A DNA stretch of 64,000 nt from Heptranchias perlo (GCF_035084215.1 NC_090349.1:8866001-8930000); one strand, 5' to 3'; counted from the stretch's first letter, positions 12,224 through 26,240 are shown. A program made the numbers and translations. The notes: generated by a model not told the origin, from the sequence alone.

Positions 12224-13455
12224 TTGCCTCCTTGCACCTTGCGTAAACTTGAGCTCATCCAAAACTCTGCTCCCCGTATCCTAACTCGCACCAAGTCCCG
12301 TTCACCCATTACCGCTGTGCTCACTGACCTACATTGGCTCCTGCTCTGGCAATGCCTTGATTTTAAAATTCTTATCCTTGTTTTCAAATCCCTCCATGAC
12401 CTCGCCTCTCCCTATATCTGTAACCTCCTCTAGCCTTAGACCCCCTCCGAGATCTATGTGCTCCTCCAATTCTGGCCTCTTGCGCATCCCTGATTTTAAT
12501 CACTCCACCATCAGCTGCATCTTCAGCTGCCTAGACCCTAAACTCTGGAATTTGCTCCCTAAACCCTTCCACCTCACTACCTCTAAGTTCCTTTAAGATG
12601 CTCCTTAAAACCTACCTCCTTGATCAAGCTTTTGGTCACCTGTCTTAATATCCCCTTATCAAAAGCAAAATACTGCGGATGCTGGAAATCGGAAATAAAA
12701 ACAGAAAATGCTGGAAAAGCTCAGAAAGTGAGGCAGCATCTGTGGAGAAAGAAACAGAGTTAACATTTCAGGTCAAAGACCTTTTGACAGAACTGGAAGA
12801 TGTTAAAGCTTTTAAGCAAGTACAGAGCCGGGAGAGGGAGGGGAGGAAAGGCAATAACAAAAGGGAAGGTCTGTGATAGGGTGGAGGGCAGGAATGATTA
12901 AATGACAAAAGGGACGATGGTGCAAGGCAAGGAGGGCGATAATGGGACAAGTTAAGAAACAAAAGATTGGTCTAGAGTAGCTGCAAATGGTAACAGCAGA
13001 ACCATGACCAGCAGCTGCAGTCCAATAAATAAAAAATATTTTCTTTAAATGGGAGCAGTGGTTATGATCTGAAGTTATTGAAATCAGTGTTGAGTCCGGA
13101 AGATTGTAAAGTGCCTAAACGAAAGATGAGGTGCTGTTCATTGAGCTTACGTTGAGCTTCATTGGAACAGTGTAAGAGGCCGAGGACAGAGAATGGAACA
13201 GGGAATTAAAATGGCAAGCGACCGGCAGGTCAGGGTCACGCTTGTGGACAAAGCGGAGGTGATCTGAAACGTTAACTCTGTTTCTTTCTCCACAGATGCT
13301 GTCTCACTTGCTGTGCATTTCCAGCACTTTCTGTTTTTATTTCTAATATCTCCTTATATGCCTCGGCATCAAATTTTGTTTGATAGCGCATCTGTGAAGT
13401 GCTTTGGGATGTTTTACTATGTTAAAGGCGCTATACAAATGCAAGTTGTTGTTGC
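12224..13455 (+). mobile_element. L2 3' fragment interrupted by a Penelope insertion
   Basis: KLELIQNSAPRILTRTKSRSPITAVLTDLHWL (L2 ORF2 C-terminus); the L2 tail resumes at about 13344 and ends ATGCAAGTTGTTGTTG. Confidence 0.85.
12660..13343 (-). mobile_element. Truncated Penelope-like element with inverted terminal repeat
   Basis: Minus strand reads SVLGLLHCSNEAQRKLNEQHLIFRLGTLQSSGLN (GIY-YIG C-terminus); ~80-bp inverted ends; flanking 14-bp duplication TAATATCYCCTTAT at 12646-12659 and 13344-13357. Confidence 0.8.
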
Positions 13456-13704
13456 TGGACTCCAGTGTGGGGACCCTGCAGCCAGAAGGAGCGATTAAGC
13501 AGCACAGATAATGTGTGCAGATTTTGTGCTGCAAATTAACTGTAATTTCCGATGTTGGAGAAGTTATGGTTAAAGTAAATCTATAATTAAAGGTCGTAAT
13601 GTTCTCGGTACTGCCTAGAGCTATTTTACATCAAGTTTGTGAAGGTAGGAATGCGGCCTGTCTAAATTACATTTTTAGAAAAGCCGTGCATTAACTTGGC
13701 CCAC

Positions 13705-14105
13705 TTGGCTCAGTGGCAGCACTCTTGCCTCTGAGTCAGAAGATTATGAGTTCAAGTCCCACTCCAGAGACTTGAGCACATAATTTAGGTTAACACTTCA
13801 GTGCTGCACTGAGGGAGTGCTGCACTGTTGGAGGTGCTGTGTTTCAGATGAGTCGTTAAACCAAGGCCCTGTCTGCCCTTTCTGGTGGAAGTGAATGATC
13901 CCATGGCATTATTTCACAACACAGCAGGGGAGTCAGCAACATTTATCCCTCAACCAACATTTAAAACAGATATTCTGGTAATTTATTTTATTGTTTCTGA
14001 GACCTTGCTGTGTGAGTGTTTCCCTATATTACAACAATGGATACACTTCAAAAGTACTTCATTGGCTGTAAAACGCTTTGGGAGACTGTGAAAGATGCAC
14101 GTTCT
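13705..14105 (+). mobile_element. tRNA-derived Deu-domain SINE (SacSINE1-like)
   Basis: Box A TGGCTCAGTGG, box B GTTCAAGTC, Deu-like core CTGAGGGAGTGCTGCACTGTTGGAGGTGC..GATGAG.CGTTAAACC.AGGCCC; second copy at about 41605-41980. Confidence 0.75.
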
Positions 14106-15570
14106 TTCTACCTTGCCTCCTTAAAAGCAGCAAAAGTGTGTAATAAAGGGTCAGTCATTTGCTGCTGTTTCTTTTTACCTTTCAACCTAGCATACCTTTA
14201 AGGCCAGGAACTAGGGATTTGCAAGCAATAATTAGCCTTTATTTGACTTCAGGATCAGAATATTTCCCCACAGGGAGTATCTGAGCAGTGACATTAAAGG
14301 GGCAGACCAGGTTAAGCACAGCTCCATCTTGGCAGCTAAATATTACAAGGTTGTTTCAGACCCCTAGACTATTCGTGACCACCCTGGAGAGATCGGTATC
14401 TATCTATCTATATATATCTGGGATCTTTAGTTTTTGTTTTTTTTGCCCAGCAGTATGATTCTTCCCTATTGAAATAAGCCATGATTTGTGATGCTGTACT
14501 AAATTCATGCTGAGGTAGTCCAGCTTTTGGAGCCCTGAATCCAAAGATGAATCTGGCCAGGATGCTGAGTTGTTGGAGCAGGTAAGAGCAATGGGAAGGC
14601 CCTGGGTCTGCTCCCTGCTTGGTGTGTTCCTTTCCCAGTTATTAGTATGTCTTTAGTTACAGCCAAGATCCATCTTGTCAGACATTAGTCGGTCTTTGCC
14701 CTTGCAACCGTGCCATGTGATTATGCTACCTGATGCTAACCATCCATAAGCATATTAAAATAACCATTGGATCCTTGCATATAAAATGCCATTGATCGGA
14801 CATTCTCATCATTATAACAATTCATGGATGGCTTGTTTGAATTGCTGGTGTAATTGTGCATCATGCTGATGGTGTTGATTCTATTACTGGGAGGTAACTG
14901 CTTCAGTAGAGTTCAGGGGCATTGGAGGGGAGTGGGGATCACACATGTTGCCTTGAAATCGTGCAGTGGAGAGACTCTTTTATATACACAGTAAATATGG
15001 ATTTAATATGTCGTATTTATTCTAAACATATAAGATCTTATTTGTTTTTGATGGGGGATTTGTTCAAGTCAAGCACAAATTTTGTGAAATCAATATTACA
15101 CTGTGCAGGTTGTGATTGGAGGAAATGGAATGTAGTTTTCTAAAGTATAATTATACCCAATGGGTTTGAGCCCAGCCTACAATTTGCCTCAGCAGAGGAT
15201 CGCAATTATTTTCATAATTAAGGCAAGCTAACTTGCAAAATGTTTATTTAATATCTGTGCTATATATTCATCCTCTGCAATTAGACCTCCTCCTTCATCC
15301 CTGAACAATCCTAACCTCTCTTTAATTATTGTTTTACTTTTCATTTGCTTGAAAAAGCTCTTTCTATTTCTTATATTATTTGCTGCCTTTTTTCATATTC
15401 ATTTTTACCCCATATAATCTCCCTTTTCACCTCCCCACTGCACTTTCTACCTTCTTTGTGATTTGCTTTAGTATTGTAACCCCGAATTTTATCAGATTCC
15501 TCCCTTTTAAGTTTCACTGCAGTTTTAATCTCTCTATTTACCCATGGATCTCTATTGTAGACGCACCTCC

Positions 15571-18245
15571 AGGCAAAAAGGAAAAAGAGGTGGGGTTTTT
15601 AGTAAAGAATGAAATCAGAGCAATAGTGAGAAAGGATATTGGCTCAGAAAATCAAGATGTAGAATCAGTCTGGGTGGAGTTAAGAAGCACTAAGGGGCAG
15701 AAAACACTGGTGGGAGTTGTCTATAGGCCTCCAAACAGTAGTGGTAATGTACGGGATGGCATCAAACAGGAAATTAGAGATGCATGTAACAAGGGTACTA
15801 CAGTAATCATGGGTGACTTTAATCTACATATAGACTGGCCAAACCAAATTAGCAATAATACTGTGGAGGATGAATTCCTGGAATGTGTACGAGATGGTTT
15901 TTTAGACCAGTAGGTTGAGGAGCCAACCAGGGACCAGGCTATCCTCGATTGGGTATTGTGCAATGAGACGGGGTTAATTAATAATCTTGTTGTGCAGGGT
16001 TCTTTAGGGAAGAGTGACCATAACATGATAGAATTCTTCATTAAGATGGAAAGTGAAGTAGTCCAATCTGAAACTAGGGTCCTAAATCTAAACAAAGGAA
16101 ACTACAAAGATATGAGGAGTGTGTTGGCTGTGATAGATTGGGGAGCTTCATTAAAAGGCATGACGGTGGATAGGCAATGGCTAACATTTAAGGAATGAAT
16201 GCATGAATTGCAACAATTATACATTCCTTTCTGGTGCAAAAACACAATAGGAAAAGCGGGCCAACCATGGCGAACAAAAGAAATTAAGGATAGTATTAGA
16301 TCCAAAGAGGAGTCATATAAAGTTGACAGAAAAAGTAGCAAGCCTGAGGATGGGAACAGTTTAGAATTCAGCAAAAAAAGACCAAGAGATTGATTAAGAG
16401 GGGAAAAATAGGGTAAGAGAGTAAACTTGCAAGGAACATAAAAGTGGATTGTAAAAACTTCTACAAGTATGTAAAAAGAAAAAGATTAGTGAAGACAAAT
16501 GTAGGTCCCTTACAATCAAAAACAGGAGAATTTATAATGGGAAACAAGGAAATGGCAGAGCAATTAAACAAATAGTTTGGTTCTGTCTTCATGGAAGAGG
16601 ACACTATTAACTTCCCAGAAATGCTAGGCAACCAAGGGACTAGTGAGAAGGAGGAATTAAAGGAAATTAGTATTAGTAAAAAAATAGTGCTGGAGAAATT
16701 AATGGGACTGAAAGCCGATAAATCCCCAGGACCTGATAATCTGCATCCCAGGGTACTAAAAGAGGTAGCCATGGAAATAGTGGATGCATTGGTTGTCATC
16801 TTCCAAAATTCTATAGATTATGGAACAGTTCCCACAGATTGAAGGGTGGCAAATATAACCCCACTATTTCAAAAAAGAGAGAAAGAGAAAACAGGGAACT
16901 ACAGACCGGTTAGCCTAAAATCAGTAGTAGGGAAAATGCTAGAGTGTATTATAAAGGATGTGATAACAGGACACTTAGAAAATATCAACGGGATTTGACA
17001 AAGTCAACATGGATGAAAGGGAAATCATGTCTGACAAACCTACTGGAGTTTTTTGAGGATGTAACTGGTAGAATAGATAAGGGAGAACCAGTGGATGTGG
17101 TTTATTTGGATTTTCAGAAGGCCTTTGATAAAGTCCCACATAAGAGGTTAGTGTGCAAAATTAAAGCATATGGAATTGGGGGTAATATACTGGCATAGAT
17201 TGAAAATTGGTTAACAGACAAGAAATAGAGAGTAGGAATAAATGGGTCTTTTTCGGGTTGGCTGGTGGGGTACCGCAGGGATGAGTGCTTGGGCCCCAGC
17301 TATTCACAATATATATCAATGATTTGGATGAGGGAACCAAATGTAATATTTCCAAGTTTTCTAACGACACAAAACTAGGTGGGATCATGAGTTGTGAGGA
17401 GGATGCAAAGAGGCTTCAAGGTGATTTAGACAAGTTGAGTGAGTGGGCAAATACACGGCAGATGCAATATAATGTGGATAAATGTGAAGTTATCCACTTC
17501 GGAAGGAAAAACAGAAAGGCAGAGTATTATTTAAATGGTGATAGATTGGGTGTCCTTGTACACCAGTCACTGAAAGCAAACATACAGGTGCAAGCAGTTA
17601 GGAAGGCAAATGGTATGTTGGCCTTCATTGCAAGAGGATTTGAGTACAGGAGCAAGGATGTCTTACTGCAGTTATACAAGGCCTTGGTGAGACCACACCT
17701 GGAGTATTGTGTGCAGTTTTGGTCTCCTTACCTAAGAAAGGATATACTTGCCATACAGGGAGTGCAGTGAAGGTTCACCAGACTGATTCCTGGGATGGCA
17801 GGACTGTCGTATGAGGACAGATTGGGCCGACTCGGCCTGTATTCACTCGAGTTTAGAAGAATGAGAGCGGATCTCATTGAAACATATAAAATTCTGACAG
17901 GGCTAGACAGACTGGATGCAGGGAGGATGTTTCCCCCTGACTGGGGGGTCCAGAATGAGGGGTCACAGTCTCAGAATACGGGGTAAGACTGAGATGAGGA
18001 GAAATTTCTTCACTCAGAGGGTGGTGAACCTGTGGAATTCTCTACCACAGAAGGCTGTGGAGGCCATGTCACTGAATATATTTAAGAAGGAGCTAGATAG
18101 ATTTCTAGACACAAAAGGCATCAAGGGGTATGGGGAGAGAGCAGGAATATGGTATTGAGATAGAGGATCAGCCATGATCATATTGAATGGCGGGGCAGGT
18201 TCGAAGGGCTGAATGGCCTACTCCTGCTCCTATTTTCTATGTTTC
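15571..18245 (+). mobile_element. 5'-truncated CR1 LINE (endonuclease + RT), same subfamily as 1-3467
   Basis: VGVVYRPP, IMGDFN, SDHNMIEF, YLDFQKAFDKVPH; CR1 tail; multiple stops. Confidence 0.93.
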
Positions 18246-18504
18246 ACCTTAAAGTAATATATTTATTTTGCACTATATCCATCGCAAATTTGAAGATTTC
18301 CCATTGCTGATTTGCTGACTTGTTTGTTAACCTTTGTGCCCAAAAGTGTACACAATACTTCAACTGTGGCCTAACTAAGGTCTTGTACAAGTTCAGCATT
18401 ACCATCTTTGCTTTTTGATTCTATATCTCCAAATACAAGACCAAAGGTTCCGTTTGTTAAGTGTAGAATCGTAATATTAGCCCTCTCTTCCCCAGAAACA
18501 CTGT

Positions 18505-19319
18505 GGGGTAAATTTTAACCCCCAAGAACGGGTGGGGAGTAAGAATACTCCGTTTTCAGAGTGGGACCGCATCACAGCTCCAACATGCCCGCTTCTGGGT
18601 TTAACCCAGCAGGTTTGTCTGCGTCTGGAGAGCAGACACCAGGAAGTCCCACCCCCACTGAAAGCTGGCAGGCTGATTCTTAAAAGGGCAATGTACTTCA
18701 TGAGGTACTTAATATTTTGTGCATTGGAATGATAAAATCAATTTAACCTTACCTGTTCGGGTTTCCCATCGCTTCCCATTCATGACAAGTGAAAGCAGGT
18801 GGGAAGAGCTGGATCCATGAGGTGAGTGCCTTTTTTGCACTGCTTGTGGGCCCGGAGGAGCAGGATAGCTTCATCCAGGCCCAACAAGTTCATCTGGCCA
18901 AGAGGACCCCTGCGATCGGCCGACTCCCCTGCTTATGATGCCCCCCCCCTCCATGGTGGACCCTGACCTACCTCCTACTCTTCACCCGAACTCCAGCGAC
19001 CTTCAATCTTCTTCTCAGCACCCAATCTCTTCCTCGGACCCCCCCACCACCCCGATCTTCTCCCTGGGCCCCTCCCCGATCTTCTCCCCGGCACCTGCCC
19101 GATCTTCTCCTCGGACCTCCCCGATCTCCCTGGCCTGTGACCCCTCCCTCCCTCTGATCCCCGGCTGTGGCCTGCTACAGCAGGCCTTCCTGCCCAACAT
19201 GTGAAACCTGGAAGGGCAATTGATGGGCCTTGACCGGCCTATTTACCCTACAGGTTTTGCACCCAGAAATCTTCCCCCCCCCCCTGCTCCCTTCCAGGCT
19301 GGAAGTTAAAATTTACCCC
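18505..19319. mobile_element. Non-autonomous PIF/Harbinger-type DNA element (MITE)
   Basis: Perfect 15-bp TIRs GGGGTAAATTTTAAC (18505-18519) and GTTAAAATTTACCCC (19305-19319); 3-bp TSD TGT; subterminal similarity to 22570-22800. Confidence 0.8.
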
Positions 19320-19328
19320 TGTATCTTT

Positions 19329-19880
19329 CAACAACAACATCTTGCATTTATATAGCTTTCTTAACATAGTAAAACTTCCCAATGCAATTCATAGGAGGGT
19401 TATCAGACAAAATTTGACACCGAGCCACGTAAACAGATATTAGGACAGGTGACCAAAAGCTTGGTCAGAGAAGTAGGTTTTAAGGAATGGCTTAAATGAG
19501 GAGAGAGAGGTAGAGAGGTGGAGAGGTTTAGGGAGGGAATTCCAGAGCTTAGGGCCCAGGCAGCTGAAGGCACGGCCGCCAATGGTGGAGAGATTAAAAT
19601 CAGGAATGCAAATGAGGCCAGAATTGGAGGAGCACAGAGATCTTGTAGGGTTGGAGGAGGTTACAGAGATAGGATGGGGAGAGGCCATGGAGGGATTTGA
19701 AAACAAGGATGAGAATTTTAAAGTCGAGGTGTTGCTGGACCGGGAGCCAGTGTAGGTCAGTGAGCACAGGGGTGATGGGTGAACGGGACTTGGTGCGAGT
19801 TAGGATACGGGCAGCAGAGTTTTGGATGAGCTCAAGTTTATGGAGGATGGAAGATGGGAAGCCTGCCAGGAGAGCAGACT
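19329..19880 (-). mobile_element. L2 LINE 3' fragment
   Basis: KLELIQNSAARILTRTKSRSPITPVLTDLHWLPV on the minus strand, plus L2 tail. Confidence 0.88.
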
Positions 19881-20269
19881 GCAGGACCATAGGCTAAGTG
19901 ACGAACTATTTGTCACTATTCCAGTTGGAGTACCCGTCGTGTTTTCTTTTGCATACTAACAAATGAAAACAAAATAGAGATCCAGAGTACTTAATTAGAT
20001 CTAAGGGGATAAAAATAAAATTAACTAAATATATCAACACTAAAGGGATCTGAATTGCATTAAATAAAAATCTGGTATACATAAATAATAAATAGGAGTT
20101 ATGGGGATATAAAATAAAGAAGTTAATAAACAAAAAACAAGACTAATTAGTTACAAATTAATCTGAAATCATGCTAAATCTATCTACTGAATATAATCTA
20201 GATCTCAAGTAATTCTATTATTTCTAGAATTAAATTGCTACTAACAAATAAGTAGATACATACTAGATA

Positions 20270-22545
20270 TGGCAGTGCAGGCTATGTGTCGGAAATGAGT
20301 TATGTGTGAGTTTGAGGACAGTGAGACTGTCCCAGATTGCCACATCTGCAGGAAATGTCTCTCGAGACACTCCAGCTCAGAGTCCTTGAGCTGGCGTGAG
20401 AATTAGAGACATGCCGACACATAAGGGAGGGGGAGGAATTCTTGATAGTTTTCTCCAGAGTACAGTCACACCTCAGAGGAAAACAGGAAGGGGAGAGTGT
20501 GACTGTCAGTCAGCAGGGTAGGGGGAACCAAGGGGAGATAGAGGAGGAGGTCCCGCAGACACTGGTCCTATCCAACAGGTATAAATGTACTTGATACATG
20601 TGAGGATAAGGAGAAAGACTGTGGGGAGGACAGCCACGATGATGATCTAAGCATCATGGAGTAGAGGGCTGAACAAAGGGTGGAGGAGCAGCATAGAAAT
20701 TAATAGTTATAGGGGGTTCAATAATTAGGGGGATTGATAGCATCGTCTGCAGCCACGATTGAGAGTCCCGAAGGGTGTGTTGCCTATCTGGTGCCAGGGT
20801 AAGGGATATCTCTATGCAACAGGAAAGGAATTTGAAAAGGGAGGGAGAAGATCTAGTCGGGACCAATGACATTGGAAAGAAAAGGGAGGAGTTCCTGCTG
20901 AGGGAGTGCCAGGAATTAGGAGCGAAATTAAAAAGCCGGACCTCAAGGGTGGTAATCTCAGGATTATTACCCGAGCCACGTGCTAACTGACATAAGGACA
21001 ATCAGATGAGGAAGGTGAACATGTGGCTGGAGGAGTGGTGTGGGAAGAAGGGGTTCTATTTAATGGTTAAAATCCTGGAACTCCCTTCCTAACAGCACTG
21101 TGGGAGAACCTTCACCACACGGACTGCAGCGGTTCAAGAAGGCGGCTCACCATCACCTTCTCAAGGGCAATTAGGGATGGGCAATAAATGCCGGCCTCGC
21201 CAGCAACACCCACATCCCAAGAACGAATTTAAAAAACTGTCATTAGTACTGGATAGAAGAGAGCTGCACCATTGGGACAGGCTGCCCCTAAACTAGGCTT
21301 GGACCAAGGTCCTGGAGGAAAGGATAAATAGGTTGGTAAAAAGGACTTTAAACCAATAAAGTAGGCTCAGTCAGAAACAATAGTAAAATTGATAGTTTAA
21401 AGATAAAAAAAGGGATAAGAGCAAAGTTCAGGTCACAAACAGTGATATAGGTATTCCAGGTGAAAGGAATGCTAAAATTACTAAAGTAGTTACAGCGGGA
21501 GTGACAAGTAAGAAACGTGTTAAATTAAGTGGTGTCAAAAAGACAGCATCAGGGCAGAAAGGCAGGTTAGGGTCTCTTGCTCAAATAAGAGTTTTATACA
21601 CTAACGCATGGAGTATAAGAAATAAATTGAGTGAATTAGAGGCTCAAATATAGGAGGATCAGTAGCCTTATTGATTAAAGATACTGTTATAACATTAGTA
21701 AGAGAAGATATAGGTAAGGGAAAGTAATCGGCAGAGACTCTATGGTTAGAATTTGAGGAAAAAGAGGGGACATAAAACTGTAATAGGAATTGTCTACAGG
21801 CCTCCTGATAGCAGTAGTGAAGTGGCAGAATGTATTGATTCAGAGATGAGAGAGGCTTGTAACAAAAGCAGAGTTGTTTCAATGGGAGACTTTAATTTTC
21901 ATATAGATTGGGAAGAGCAGAATAGATCAAGTCAGAAAGGTAGTGAATTTCTTGAGTACATTCAAGATAGTTTTCTAGAGCAATGTGTTCTAGAACCAAC
22001 AAGAGGGCAGGTCATACTAGATTTAGTAATGAGCCAGACTTAGTTAATAATCTAATGGTGATCATAATATGATTGAATTCAATGTTAGGTTTGAAAAGGA
22101 GAAACTTAACACAGTTACTAAGATTCTAGATTTTGGTACGGCTAACTTTAATGGAATGAGACAGAGACTGACGACAGCAAACTGGTCAAAACTGTTATCG
22201 GTAAAACTACAGATGAACAGTAGAAAGTTTTCAAAAAAGAATTTAGCTTCATACAGGACCAGTATATACCCCTAAGGGGCAAGAACACTACTTACCAAAT
22301 AAAACAGCCATGGTTGACGAAAGAAGTGAGCGATAACATAAAACTAAAGAAAAAATTGTACAAAAGTGCAAAGAATTGTGTAGATCCAGGGGACTGGGAG
22401 AAATGTAAAGAACAAAAAAAGGAAGACAAAAAAGGGAATACAAAAAGAAACTTGCAAGGGATATCAAGATTAACACAAAACGTTTTTACAATTATATTAG
22501 AAGAAAAAGTGTAGTCAAAGGTAATGTGGGCCCTTCAAAAACTGA
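20270..22545 (+). mobile_element. Older CR1 LINE, 5' portion (ORF1 esterase and ORF2 endonuclease)
   Basis: CCLSGARVRD..VGTNDIG..VVISGLLPEPRAN; IGIVYRPPDS, SMGDFNFHIDW; heavily degraded. Confidence 0.85.
21065..21236 (+). mobile_element. 3' tip of a second LINE family (CR1/Jockey group) inserted into the older CR1
   Basis: AAAATCCTGGAACTCCCT..GGACTGCAGCGGTTCAAGAAGG..GGGATGGGCAATAAATG..; near-identical to the reverse complement of 38850-39020. Confidence 0.8.
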
Positions 22546-22559
22546 TGCGAGACTACATC

Positions 22560-23498
22560 CCAGCTTCAATGCACCCACGTTCAGGTTTAACCCAGTCATG
22601 TTTGGACGCCCGCGCACAACTGAAACCCGGAAATCTCATCCCTGCTTAAAGCTGGTGGGCCGTTTGTTAAAGGGACAATATAGATAACTTAAACAGTTCA
22701 ATACTTAATTTTTTGTGGGTTCTGCAACAGAAACGGATTTAACTTTTCCTGCGCATGTTTCCCATAGATTCTGAAAGACGCCATTGAAATGGAGGTGAGA
22801 TGCAACAGAAGCTCATTTGCCCCTTTAAACCTGTGATTGAGACATCTCAATAAAAGTTCAGGTATTGCAGCTGGTCATTCAGTTCTCTCAGGTAATTGTT
22901 TGGCTGAGCGATCGCTGTGATTCCTTTGTTGAGACTGAGAATTTTTGTGTTCAGACATATTTACCAATATTTAAAACCCCCCAAACAGTCAAGATCAGAA
23001 TGGCGAGGGGGGGTTGCTATGGATCTACTCCACAGTACATCTGAGGGGGAGGAAAATCACTATCCAGGGCAGGCACGTTGTGCAGTTCTGGGATATCCAG
23101 GTGCACAAGACAGAGGTGCGCAATAAGGTTTTGAAGAACAGCAGAGAGGACACCAACAGCGGGGCTGAGGTTGCAGGAGGCACTACCCAGGTGAGAGGTT
23201 CTACAGGCAGAGGTTGAGCTTCCTGGACCTCTCTCAGGAGCAGTGCCTACACAGGCTCAGATTGAGTCTCCAGGTGGTTGCAGACATCTGCAGTCTCCTT
23301 CAGGAAGAGCTGCTCCCTGCTGGACCTGGTGGCCAAGTATTGCCCGTTGCACTGAAAGTCACCACAGCCCTGAATTTCTTTGCCTCTGGTTCCTTCCAGG
23401 GCTCCACCGGTGACATCTGCAGTGTCTCTCAATCGTCAACACACAAGTGTATAAGGCAGGTGATGGTTGTGATGTTTGCCAGGGCTTCTAATTGTTGA
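22560..23498 (+). mobile_element. Harbinger transposon remnant (HARBI1-like transposase N-terminal half)
   Basis: SFLDLSQEQCLHRLRL..LPVALKVTTALNFFASGSFQGSTGDICSVSQSSTHKCIRQV. Confidence 0.85.
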
Positions 23499-24689
23499 CA
23501 TACTCATGCCACCTGGCCAAACCATCACCATGACCACCAAAACCACCCCCTCCCTTTGCACAAAACAGTCCCACAGCCACGCATACACCTATTGCCCAAT
23601 GGGTGTCGCCATGTATTTGCATTGATCATGAAGCAAATGAAAGGTCCACTTGAAAGTCTAGATGCAATAATGTAGAAGACTTGGAAGTGGTGATAATGAA
23701 TAAATTTTATGTGCCAACATAAAAAGAAATGTAAATTACAACATAATATTTCTTCAAACACCCTTGTTCATACAGATGGTCAATCTTTCGGCCATCTTTA
23801 GCAGGCCATTTTTCTAGGGGTTCCGCTGTTCTACAGAATTTATGGCAAGAGAGTGGTAGAACCCTTACAGAAAGTCCAGGCACTTATATTCTACTGTTCT
23901 GGCTATTTATCCAAGTATTACATTACATTACATGACATGTGAGAATCTGTGCATCATTTTACTTGGGTAATTTGTCCTGAACAATGTTGAAATATCTTTC
24001 TAGTGACATGGGGTAGCTTTTTCCACAGATATGCTCTTGCTTCAGCTATCACCTCCTGCACTCCATTCTTGTCATGGTCCCATACACAATGTGGCACAGG
24101 ATGTGGACTTTGTTTGGCTGATGTCACTTTGCCCTATGGATAAACTGCTTTATGTACCCAGGCCTGCTCCACGACAGTGGCTGAAAGCTTTACAATGCAA
24201 TATGCAGCCTAATATCTCTGTACAACTGCTGTTTAACTAGAGCAACTCCCCTACTGGGGTACTTGCTCTGTTCTCAGACATTATATCAACCACATTACCA
24301 CCTGTGTCCACCCCTTGAGTAACCAAGACTCAGAAGGCTGACCTATTGTGGATAAGGTGTGGTGTTGCCCCATTATTACTTCATGTCAAATCCCCCTGAT
24401 GTACCAATAACACATATTTAGGATAATATGACCCTGTGCATTTGGATTATGTTGTTGACTACGCAGGCTCTCTGCCTGCCTCCATCAGATGAGTATGCTG
24501 AACTCCTTTAAGTCACTCCCAGATCATATTTTGCAGGCTTTCCTCAGCAACCACATGCTGACTGAATGAGGGTAATTTTGACTTTGGGCTGCAGTGTAAA
24601 CCGAGCGATATCAGATCAGCCGCCCATTATCATATCTCCCAAAATTCATTTCCATTGACTTTGAGGCAATTTGGGCAGGCAGGTGGTGG

Positions 24690-25660
24690 AAGATATAGCC
24701 AGGTAGGGAGGCTTCAGTAAGGGGGAAGGTGTCGTCAACTGTGAGCCAGGATTCCATCAAGGCCGTGATGTCCATGCAGTCATCCACAATAAGGTCATAG
24801 ATGGCAAGGGCCTGGAGGAATGAGCAATATGCCGGGCCTTGAGGTTATAGGTTGTGGTGGTAAAGAATTCTGCTGCTGCTGATGGTCCATAACACCTCAT
24901 GGATTCCCAGTTTTGAGCTATTAGACCTGTTCTGAATCTATCCCACTGAGCACAGTGGTAGTGCCACACGACATGATGGAGAGTGTTCTCAGTGTGAAGA
25001 CGGGACTTGGTTTCCACAAGGACTGTGCAGTGATCACTCCTACCAATACTGTGACTGATGCATTTATGACAGAGAGATTACTGAGGATGAGGTTAAGTAG
25101 GTTATTCCCTCATCCATGTTGGTTCTCTCACCACCTGCTGCAAGCCCATTGTGACCTCTCTGCCCTTCAGGACTCAGCCAGCCCGGTCACTGGTGGTACT
25201 ACAGAGTCACTCTTGGTGATGGACAGTGAAGTCCCCCACCCAGAGTACATTCTGTGCCACTGCTACCCTCGGTGCTTCCTCCAAGTGGTGTTTGACATGG
25301 AGGAGGACTGAATTATCAGCTAAGGGAGGGCGGTAGGTGGTAATCAGCAGGAGGTTTCCTTGCCCACGTTTGACCTGAAGCCATGAAACTTCATGAGGTC
25401 TGGAGTTAATGTTGAGAACTCCCGGGGTCACTCCCACCTGACTGTATATCACTGTGCCTCCACCTCTGGTGAGTCTGCCCTTCTGGTGGGGCAGGACATA
25501 TCCAGGGATGGTGATGGAGGAGCCTGGAAAGTTGGCTGATAGTATGACTATGTCAGGCTGTTACTTGACTAGCCAGTGAGATAGCTGTCCTAACTTTGAC
25601 ACCAGACCCCAGATGTTAGTGAGGAGGACTTTGCAAGGTCGACTGGGCTGGGTGATTCAA
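24690..25660 (-). mobile_element. LINE endonuclease-region fragment (CR1/Jockey group)
   Basis: LLLITTYRPP..LWVGDFTVHHQE APE motifs on the minus strand; degraded. Confidence 0.7.
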
Positions 25661-26049
25661 TATCTAGGTCACAGCCCAGTGGTCCATATGGTTTTATTCT
25701 TTTGTACTTTTTTAGCGGTTTGATACAACTGAGCAGCTTGCTAGGCCACTTCAGCGGGTGGTTAAGAGTCAGCCACATTGGTGTGGGATTGGAGTAAAAT
25801 AAAGGCAAGACCTGGTAAGGATGGCAGGATTAGTTCACTACAGGACATTAGTGAACCAATTGGGTTTTTATGAAAATCTGACAGCTTCACAGTCATTTTA
25901 TTGGTACCAGCTTTTTATTTCCAGATTTTGTATTTTTTCATTGAATTCAAATTCTTAAACTGCCTTGGTGGGATTTGAACTCATGTTCTCTAGATTATTA
26001 GTTCAGCGTCTCTGGATTACTAGTCCAGTAACATATGAGTTATTACAGT

Positions 26050-26240
26050 ACAAAGTGGGGCTGGATCTTACAGTTCAAAGTGGGGCTGGATCTCACTATA
26101 CAAAGTGGGGTTGGATCTCACTATACAAAATGGGGCTGGATCTCACTATACAAAGTGGGGTTGGATCTCATTATACAAAGTAGGGCTGGTCTCACAGTTC
26201 AAAGTCGGGCTGGTCTCACAGTTCAAAGTCGGGCTGGGTT
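26050..26240 (+). repeat. 24-25 bp minisatellite, about 8 copies
   Basis: Unit CAAAGTGGGGCTGGATCTCACTATA starting at 26051, 26076, 26101, 26126, 26151, 26176, 26200 and 26224. Confidence 0.9.

Noticed and set aside
13705-13770. tRNA-like A and B boxes
   Set aside because: This is the head of a SINE continuing into a Deu-like core; no complete cloverleaf.
23214-23498. Possible domesticated HARBI1 or NAIF1-like host gene (also 51030-51434 and 55630-56286)
   Set aside because: Multiple diverged copies with stops, frameshifts, truncation and nested insertions indicate transposon debris.
26050-26240. Regularly spaced 25-bp repeats, superficially CRISPR-like
   Set aside because: Head-to-tail tandem units with no unique spacers, no cas genes, and a vertebrate context.
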